A stretch of DNA of 53,324 nt from Octopus bimaculoides (Eukaryota). The DNA is taken from positions 39,358,503 to 39,411,826 of the forward strand of contig NC_068998.1 of NCBI RefSeq assembly GCF_001194135.2. The letters run 5' to 3'. Positions 12,901 through 23,536 of the stretch are shown here, piece after piece. The stretch's first letter is position 1; each line of letters begins with the position of its first letter. The notes beneath the pieces were generated by a model that saw only the letters and a list, made by a program, of their open reading frames with translations, was not told the origin of the DNA and ran no database searches. A program made the position numbers and the translations under genes.

Positions 12901-15521
12901 CAATGTAATAAAGCTTTATTATTTTTAAATGAATATAATAATATCATAATTTTATGGTTCTGTGGTTAAGAAGTTTGCTTCCCAACCATGTGCTTTCATG
13001 TTCAGGCCAACTGCATGGCAATGTGAGTAAGTGTCTTCCGAGACTGCTGAGATTAATGCTGTTAATGTTCTGCTTAAATTTGTTGCAAGATGCATCTGCA
13101 GCAAAGAAATGAGCAGGGAGGAGATTCCAGAGCGCCAACACTTTTGGCCCTGCTAAGCAGGAAGTTCAAGAGGTAGTGTTGCCATATTTCTGCTAAAATA
13201 CATTACCTTTAAGTCAATTAATTTTCAAAATAACAAAGAATTTAGTAAAATAACTTTGTCATTATTAAACTGTTGTTTGAATCATAAATTAAAATTAAAC
13301 TTTGGATCAAAGGTTTTAATTCAGATAACTTCAGCCCTTTTGTTACCAGATCAAGTCAGGTATGGGGGTATGCGCCATTGCAGCATGTCAATGCATCCAC
13401 CATTTTTCAGCATCTGCTTTGGTTATCCGGGGCAACCCTCTGAGCAGTGTTGTAGTCAGTTCCCATCTCTGTGAAATACTTCCTCACTGCCATAACTACG
13501 AGGTATGTGGACAGCCAACGTGTGTCATCACCCTAGATGGATTCTCATAGAAGAGAACACAGTATGCAGCAGCCATCTCAGAAAATCAAGCAGCATGACC
13601 AAACATTCTAAGCTGACGCTTACAAACCCACGTGAAGCTATCCTCAGTTCTAAGATACAAACTTCCTAACCCTTTTGTTACCAATTTCTGTTAAAATACA
13701 CTGCTTCATACACTCAAGAAGACCTGTACTCCACAAAAGCATCCAGCACACTCTGTGAAGTGGTTGATGTTAGGAAGGATATCCAGCTGTAGAAATTGTG
13801 TCAAATCAGACTGGAATCTGATGCAGCTCCCCAGCTTGCTAGCATGGACAACAGAGTTAAATGATGATGATGATGTTGCATTTATTTATGTATAAACTGA
13901 AATTTTGATGGAAGGCTTTAATACATCATTGTCTGTTTTCCATGCTGGCATGGATTGGGGCTTGACAGGAACTGGCAAAGCCAGGAGCTGCACCAGGTTC
14001 CATAGTCTGTTTTGGCTTGGTTTCTATGGCTGGATGGCCTTCCTAATACCAACCACTTTACAGAATGTATTGGGTGCTTCTTACGTGGCGCCATCACTAG
14101 TGCTTTTTACATGGCATCTTGGTTTAAGGATCTTGATTCTGTTGTGGTGGGCAGGTCTTCACAAGTACAACACAATGTGCCATATATCTTCTCTCCTCTG
14201 TCATCTCCTTTGTAAGGTTCAGCATTTTGAGATTGACCTTTAGATCACATTAAATCAGGAAGTTTGCATCATAGAACATGAGGTGGAGTCAGGTAGGTTG
14301 GTATAAAAAGGGTTAAACCATTGCCTAGTTTAACATCTACCACATTGCCATTGGGTACTTTTGTAACAAGCATTTTGGCTAGGTCTCCAGTTTGAGGATA
14401 ACCTGCTCTCTTCCTTTCATCAGTTTCAGGAGCTTTGAAAAAAAAGTAAATAAAGGGCCACAAGCAAATTCCTTATTTCCTTCATGAAATAGGTAAAAAA
14501 AAAACAAAAAAACTTAGACCGCAAATTAGACCGTCTTGACCCTAGATACAAAGCAGTGCATGTAACAAGCTATTACTATTTTGTATCTACATCAAATCTC
14601 CTTTGTTTATAGTTCGCTGCCTGACAGTCTATTGAACTTGGCTATCTCTCCACTTTCAGATATACTAAAATGATCTAAAATTTCTGACATGGAAACTTCT
14701 CACTCCACAAGGTAAAAACCCAATAACACTGGAAAAAAATGTTCATTTTTTTTTCTGTCTTTGGTTAGTAAGTGTTATTTCCTATTTGCTTTTATTAAAA
14801 AATCAGAGGAAATGACTACTATTCCCTTCAAACTTTGCTTTTGTAACTAGTACATCAATGTTTTGAAACTGACCTATTTTCCATTACATTTCAGCAGAGT
14901 TGCTGAAGCAGAAATATTGTTATAGCAAATGTTCTGCTCAATACCGCAGATTTGCTTCTTGAGCATGTCCCTTAGTGGTTGACAATATGTGCATCTCTGA
15001 TCATGAGCAGGAACATTAGGGGAGCATTATAGCCATGTGTTGAGAGAGATTCTTTGGGATTTCAATAAATATTGTAACAAAAGCAAAGTTTGAAGGAAAT
15101 ATTAACCATTTTTCATACTTTCTAGGGGTAAACAAATAGGAAATAACAGTTGCTAACCAAGGACAAAAACTGTGCTACATAGTGTAATGAATTGAAAATT
15201 AGTCATGTGATTAAATGATTAAAGCTACATGCCAGTGTTTAAAAGCACCACCTTACCTTCCTGCAAGTTTCATGAAACCTGTATCAGCAAGAGGTCCAGT
15301 ACACAGTTCACAACGGAAACATTCAGGGTGCCAACTGTTATTCATAGCCTTTATCACACGGCCGATAATGAATTCACCTAGGAAAATGAGAAAATTGGAA
15401 AATAGAATTACAAAGAGATATTGTATAGAGTTACAGAAAGATATATTATCATATTGGAGAAAACCCACCATTACAGTGAAGAAACTATGATTTCATGTGT
15501 GTATGTGCATGTGAGCGCATA

Positions 15522-15559
<38 letters not shown>

Positions 15560-18500
15560 NNNNNNNNNNNNNGGGGGGGGGGTGCATAGCATCATTATCA
15601 TTACAACTTTAACATTCACTTTTTTATGCTTGTGTGGAATTCAGATAGAATTCACTGAGGTAGATTTTTTTACAGCTGGATGCCCTTCTCACTAATTTCA
15701 CAAGGTAATATTTCCCCATGGCCAGACATGTTTTTACAAAAGACTTGAAATAAACATCACTTGTTGATGAGATACTTATTTACAACCATCACATGACCCC
15801 ATGACAGGGACCATTGCTGACATGTAATATCAGCAATGTCTGTTCAAGAGTTTGAAGTTAAGTGTGGCTTGCACAACACCACAACAACTCTCATTAGCAA
15901 TACCAAGAAGCCCGGAGACAAGCAAAGTGCAAGAAATTCATCTCAGTAAATCAATGAGTTTTATATACAAGTTAGCTTTCTCCTTGATAGATGCCTTAAC
16001 AAAGACCAGGGGTCCCTAATTTCCAGTGGGCGTCCTGCTCCCTCTTTGTGTGTCATGCTTGTCTGGCCACTTTTAAACTTCTCGATCCATTCAGACACAC
16101 TTATACGCAGTAGTGCTCTGTCCCCATATTGTGCTAAAGGCCTCCGACGAATTTCAGCACCTGACACACCTTTCCACCAGAGAAATTAGATCACTGCTCT
16201 TTGTTCTTCTTTGGTGCAAATTGCCAGTGGAGTGGCCATGCTTACACTGTAAAACCAGACAGAAAAATGGCGTAACCGGGCTCAAACTTCCATCATGTGA
16301 CCACAACGGTACCAACTATAAGCACACACAGAAGGCAGTGTGACAATAATAAAGATATGTTATGGCAAAAGTGCAGATAATTTTTGACTACCCCTTGTAT
16401 ACATATATACATACATACAATAGGTTTGTTACAGTTTCCTTCTTTCAAATTCACTCGCAAGGTTTTGCTTGGCCCAGAGCTGTAGTAGAAGACACTTGCC
16501 AGACTTGTGTAAGGTGTCATGCAAGAGGACTAAACCCAAAACCACATTGTTGGGAAGCAAGTTTCTTAACAACACAGCTACTCCTGCACACACACACACA
16601 CACACACAGAGGTATTCCAGATACAACCATCCCATCGTTTTCGTTTCCCAATAATCATGTTGATTAGGATCACATTATTCAACATGTACTGTTTTCTTTT
16701 CTCTTTTTTGTTATTTAAACTATAACAGTGTGATTTTGAAGGAGATTTAGCTGCAGTTTCTAGCAAACTGAGCAATCATGTAGATACTCCATCATTGGTT
16801 GTTCAATCAAATGCAAAACTGGATAGTAGGAGAGATAAGATTTTATAAATAACAAAAAATTAAAACAGAAAAAGAAAGCAAAAAGGTATGCCAGATGAGA
16901 CCCAAATTATTTGCTGGCAACAAATTATCAGCTGTGATTTCAAGTCTCACTTGATGTGTGCCTTCAATTCTATTTATATTCTATTTATCCGATATCAGCA
17001 TTTAAATTTCATGTGTACAGTACATTTTATCACATATCTTTTATTTGTTTCAATCAATGGATTGTAGCTATGCTGAGATATAGTTTTGAAGGGTTTTAGA
17101 CGAGCAAATCAACTCCAGAACTTATCTTCTTTTATCTTTCACTTGTTTCAGTTATTAGACTGTTGTTATGCTGGGGCACCACCTTGAAGAATTTTTAGTC
17201 AAATGTATCAACTCCAGGACTTATTTTCCAGATGTCTCAGAAAACCGCCTCAAAAATCAATTCCCATTCAAACTAGATGGCTTGAATTGGAATTGATTTT
17301 GAAGTAGGATTTTATAACTGGATGCTCTTCCTGTTACCAAACTTCACCTGTTTCTTCAAGTAAGGTTTTTTTTTCCTTCCACAGGTCATCAAATCTGCAG
17401 AGTGAACAGCCATAATATCCACAAGCAATGAAAACATCATTGTCATTTCACTCAAATGGTAACAAACAAAACATTTATGCACATTTACACATGTACACAC
17501 ACATTATTTATATATATATATATATAAGGAGAATTCACAAAAAACAACAGACGAAGACAGGTGGTGTAGAAAACAAACAGATTTATTAGTATAACGCTCG
17601 GGAATAGAAAAAGTCTTTAACGTTTCGAGCCTACGCTCTTCCACAGAAAGGAGCACAGAAAGAAACAACAAGAGAAAAAAAATGTGTAATGGTTAGCGAT
17701 ATATAAATATATATATATATTTTGGGTTGGCTATAAATTCCAGTTCAAGATGAACTTACAATAAGAAAAGTTGTATTTTGTGTGCTTGGGATTACTCTGG
17801 AAATGGAGAACCAAAATGAACATTACCGAAACCTCATGCTTTTTTATCTTGCCTTTTTTAAAAGGAGAGAAAATGGTGGAAATCTGCAGTGTATGGAGAG
17901 AGAGAGGATGCTGTTATAGAACGTGTGTCAGAAGTGGTTTTTATGATTTTGATTGGGAAATTTATCAATTCAAGATGTTTGAGGGTGGGTTGGAAAGTTC
18001 ATAGGCCAAGTATAAAACAGTGATGCTAGAGCTGTAAAATTTTGCATGCATTAATTTTAACCCTTCTTATTAATAACTACATTGATTCGTTCCAATAAGA
18101 AATGTCAATACTTACCACATTTTTGACAACATGGTGCAAATAGAACGTGGAAATCATGTTCACAGTATTTCCGGCCTTCAAACTGAAAATAAACAATGTC
18201 AATACTAAAATGAAACAGTAGACTCCAAGGAAAACTAGAGATGGTGTGTTGTCTGTTTTTAGCAAATATATATATACTATAGCTATCACTTGCAAGTGAG
18301 TGTGACCTGGTTTTAAATATCATATTTTTGTTAATTGTTTAGGGTGCCTATGTAGTTGCAAGTAGACATACACAACTTCTTGACCCTCCCACCCTTGAGA
18401 AAGTGACTTACTGGTGAATGAGAGAGAGAGTTGAGTAAACTGGAGCAATGTGAAATGAAGTGCCTTCATCAAAGGTATGACTCAGCACCCAGTTCAGGGA

Positions 18501-21161
18501 TTGAACCCACAACATTGCGAGAGCAGTGATGATGTCTTAAACCCACAAAGTTGAATTAAGAAGAGAAGTCTAACATTTCGATCAGGACACTTTATCAGTG
18601 AGAAATAAAATATTAAAAATGTACAACAACATTTTTAATAATAATCCTTTCTACTACTACTACTACTACTACTATAATAATAATAATAATAATAATAATA
18701 ATCCTATCTACTATAGGCACAAGGCCTGAAATTTTTTGGGAAAGAATTAGTCGATTACATCGACCCAAGTACTCAACTGGTACTTATATTTANNNNNNNN
18801 NNCCTATCTACTATAGGCACAAGGCCTGAAATTTTTTGGGAAAGAATTAGTCGATTACATCGACCCAAGTACTCAACTGGTACTTATATTTAATAACCCC
18901 AAAAGGAGGAAAGGCAAATTGACCTTTGCAGAATTTGAACTCAGAATGTGAAGATGGATGAAATGTCACTAAGCATTTTGTCCGGCACTATTTAAATAGC
19001 ACTATTTGAGCGTGATCGTTACCAACGTCGCCTTCCTAGCAATTGGGCACATGAAAAGACATTCGAGCGAGTTCGTTGCCAGTACTGCTGGACTGGCTCC
19101 TTTGCAGGTGGCATGTAAAATACACCATTTCGAGCGTGGCCATTGCCAGTACCTCCTGACTGGCCTTCATGCCGGTGGCACGTAAAAGCACCCACTACAC
19201 TCTCGGAGTGGCTGGCGTTAGGAAGGGCATCCAGCTGTAGAAACTCTGCCAAATCAGATTGGAGCCTGGTGTAGCCATCTGGTTCACCGGTCCTCAGTCA
19301 AATCGTCCAACCCATGCTAGCATGGAAAGCAGACATTAAATGACGACGATGGTAAAAATATGATGATAATGAAGATAAAAATGAAAATGTTGATGATGAA
19401 GATGAAAGGTCAATATACCAACCTCATAAAAAATCCCTCCTGGAAAGCTCTGGAAACACTGGGCACACCTGAGGAATAGAAAGAAAAAAATAATCTAGTA
19501 GAGTGGTTCTCAAACAACAATCAGATAACCAACAGTTCTTCACCCCAACAAATATTAATGAGCCTCCCACACACATGCACACACTTCCATCTCACTTTTT
19601 TTATTAATATCATACATACATGCAACCACACACATATATACTCATTCTTTCGTTTTTAGTTGTCGACAATAACTAAGGGCACCACATGGGAGAAGATGGG
19701 GTACGATGTGTCCAGCTGTGGCCGACCAGGCCAATGCATGTTCAATAGGTTTAGTTGCAGGTCAGGCACTTGTGGTCTGCACGGACTGAAGGCAAAGAGT
19801 AGGCTGTGGTCTTGCACAGTTCGTCTTTCCTTTGTGCCCCATACACTCCTGTTCTCTTCATATGAGGTGGTACCTCAGCTGGTGCAGTTTTGCCAGGCAG
19901 GGTAGTCTTGCGCTTGTGTTTCCCAGGTATTGGGGTTGATCTCTTCATATATATACACATACATTATATATCATCATCCTTCAAAGTCTGTGTTCTCCAC
20001 TGGCATATACGATGTGTCCGGCTGCGGCCAATCAGTGATGCATGCTCACTAGGCTTGGCTGCAAGTTGGGCACTGGTGGTCTGTAGGGACTGATGGTAAG
20101 GGGTTGGCTCTGGTCTTGCACAATGCATGTTTTCTTTATGTCCCTAAGACCCTGTTCTGTTCATAGGAAATGGCACCTCAGCTGGTGCAGTCCTATGCTT
20201 GTGTTTCCCAAAATATTGTTTACTTGGAAAAGCTTAAAAAGTTTACAAGTAATTTAATTCTCTTCACTTCTTGAATATGACAAGCAGATATATATTTTAT
20301 TATTGTTAACAGTATAAAGTAGTTTTACCTCACAGTTTTGAAAGAATCTATCCTTATGCTGTGAGAAGCAGAGATGCTTCAAGTGACACATTTTACAAAG
20401 ACAATTTTTCAAATTCTCTTAAATTTCTCACATATTTATTTCTCTTTACAGAGTAAGAATTGAGAACTTTTAGTTGTAGATATGAAAACTATACCTTCAT
20501 AAAATCCTGTAAAAGGATTGCAGAAGCAGAAAATAAAAAACTATTTTTTGGTGGATAATTAACATCATTACGAGAATGATTATGAAATTTAATAACGCAG
20601 TCAAAAGGTTTAAACACAGTGATTTGCCTCCCCTGTTTTTAATCCACTCGGCCACCCAACCATCATTTCCATGAAAAACAGGAATTTAGTAGATTGTTTC
20701 AGTAGTGTCATGCAGTGCGTATGTGAGTGTGTCAGTGTGTATACATGAATGTGTGAGTGTATGTATGTTTATGTGAATGTGATGCAGTGTGCGTATATAG
20801 TCCTTTACTTGTTTCAGTCATTTGACTGTGACTACACTGGAGCACTGCCTTTAGCCGAACAAATTGACTCCATGACTTATTCTTTGTAAGCCTGGTACTT
20901 ATTCTATGAGTCTCTTTTGTTGAACTGCTAAGTTACAGGGGATGTAAACACACCAGCAACAGTTGTCAATCAATGGTAGGGGACACACGCAGACACACAT
21001 ATACGATGGGCTTCTTTCTGTTTCCATCTACCAAATCCACTCACAAAGCTTTGGTCAGCCCGAGGCTATAGTAGAAGACACTTGCCCAAGGTACCATGCA
21101 GTGGAACAGAACCCAGAACCAATGTGGTTGGGAAGTAAACTTCTTACCACAGACCCACTCA

Positions 21162-21207
<46 letters not shown>

Positions 21208-22632
21208 TACATATATACATATGAATGAGTGAATGAGAATGTGGAAGTTTGTGTGTATGCATATAAGATGTGACTATGTATATGTATGAATGTATGTACT
21301 TGTATGTATACATATGTGTGTGTGTGTGTTTCATTATTATAGTACTGATTGTGTTGACAAATACTAGGATTATTAGATACACTTGTCCTGACATAAGAAT
21401 AGACCCTAGAGCATGCTCAAAAAACTGCTATATTGGGGACAGCAAGAATTTTGAGATTGGTACTTGGGTGTTAGGTGTCATCCACAATACTTAACATCTT
21501 GGTACGAAGTCTTAATATTCATGGAAAGAGACTCTGTGAGACCTCTGACGACAGGTTGCTGTTTGCTCTCAAAGAATTAACCAGAGCAAGTAAGATTGAG
21601 AGCTCTGAGAAGTAAAATATAATAATTTAATGATTAAGCAGCAGCAGCACCACCAAATTCTTCAATCACCAGGGAGTCTTCAACCTTAGGCCATCCCAGA
21701 TTAAAAACCAGAATTTTTCGACTCATTTCCATCACAACCACAAACAATGCATATCGATGTATGTCAGTGTATGTATATGTGTGTGTTTACATACTAGTCA
21801 GTTGTTGCTATTTAAGACCAGGTCAGCCCTGATTAGTCAGCCTTATGATCATAGCTAATCCAACCATGACCACCTTGTCTCATTTTTCAAATGTAGCACC
21901 TAGGGTAAGTGTCTTCTGCTATAGCACCAGGCTAACAAAAGCCTTGTGAGACGATTTGGTAGATTTAAACTAAAAAGGCCAAGTGTACATACACACACAG
22001 TGCATATATGTGTGCGTGTTTTTATGTATATATGTGTTTGTATATATACACATGTGTGTATATGTATATATGTGTGTGTGTGTGTGTGTGCCCTTGTTTC
22101 GACATCACATGATGGAGTGAGTGCGATCATTATACAAGTGGTTTCATTTGTTTTTAGTCTTCTGTGAAAACGCGTCCAGCCAAGGGGAAATATTATCTTG
22201 TTTTGGAGACACAGGTGAGGATTGGCAACAGGAAGGGCATCCAGCCATAGAAAAATCTGCTTCAACAAATTCTGATGGGTCCTTGTGAACAAGAAAAGGG
22301 GACGTTATGATGATGATGTACATCCATCCAGGACCACATTATGCATAGCATCTTTTTTCTTTTTAAGTTGGTTGGTCACCAACAGACTCCCTAAAGGATG
22401 TGGTGTGATACTCAGAGTTAGTGGATTATGTCATCAATATGGAGACTGTAAGATGAGTCACCCTTTCCTTTTATCAATTGCTATGGTGATATTATATGTA
22501 TAGGTGGAAAGTCATGCTGTTGGTAAATGGGATGGTGAAACCAAAAACTATAATGATGATTAATCATCATCATCACTATCATTGTTATCAAGTTGTCAAG
22601 TGGTGGAGGGGAACAAACACAAAGACACACAT

Positions 22633-22681
<49 letters not shown>

Positions 22682-23503
22682 NNNNNNNNNNNNNNNNNNN
22701 NNNNNNNNNNNNNNNNNNNNNNNNNNNNNNNNNNNNNNNNNNNNNNNNNNNNNNNNNNNNNNNNNNNNNNNNNNNNNNNNNNNNNNNNNNNNNNNNNNNN
22801 NNNNNNNNNNNNNNNNNNNNNNNNNNNNNNNNNNNNNNNNNNNNNNNNNNNNNNNNNNNNNNNNNNNNNNNNNNNNNNNNNNNNNNNNNNNNNNNNNNNN
22901 NNNNNNNNNNNNNNNNNNNNNNNNNNNNNNNNNNNNNNNNNNNNNNNNNNNNNNNNNNNNNNNNNNNNNNNNNNNNNNNNNNNNNNNNNNNNNNNNNNNN
23001 NNNNNNNNNNNNNNNNNNNNNNNNNNNNNNNNNNNNNNNNNNNNNNNNNNNNNNNNNNNNNNNNNNNNNNNNNNNNNNNNNNNNNNNNNNNNNNNNNNNN
23101 NNNNNNNNNNNNNNNNNNNNNNNNNNNNNNNNNNNNNNNNNNNNNNNNNNNNNNNNNNNNNNNNNNNNNNNNNNNNNNNNNNNNNNNNNNNNNNNNNNNN
23201 NNNNNNNNNNNNNNNNNNNNNNNNNNNNNNNNNNNNNNTACACATATATAAAATAGTAGTTTTCATTGGCATTTTTAAGATAATAGTCCTATAGTGAAAA
23301 GAGAAGAGGGTGTAATGTGGTGTATCTGGTTTGAAATCAGTGAACTTAAACTAGTTTGAAGAGATAAACAACCAGTTGTTTGTGTCTTTTAGCAACAAAG
23401 TTACTTTCTATTCAGTTGATATTAATGCCAGTGTAGGTAACTAACAAATCTCACAATCTCACAGAGCGGGAGATGTGCGTGTGTGTGTGAGAGAGAGAGA
23501 TTC

Positions 23504-23536
<33 letters not shown>

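Noticed and set aside
18706-18895. About 90 bp direct repeat on either side of a 10-N gap
   Set aside because: Typical uncollapsed contig overlap, not a biological duplication.
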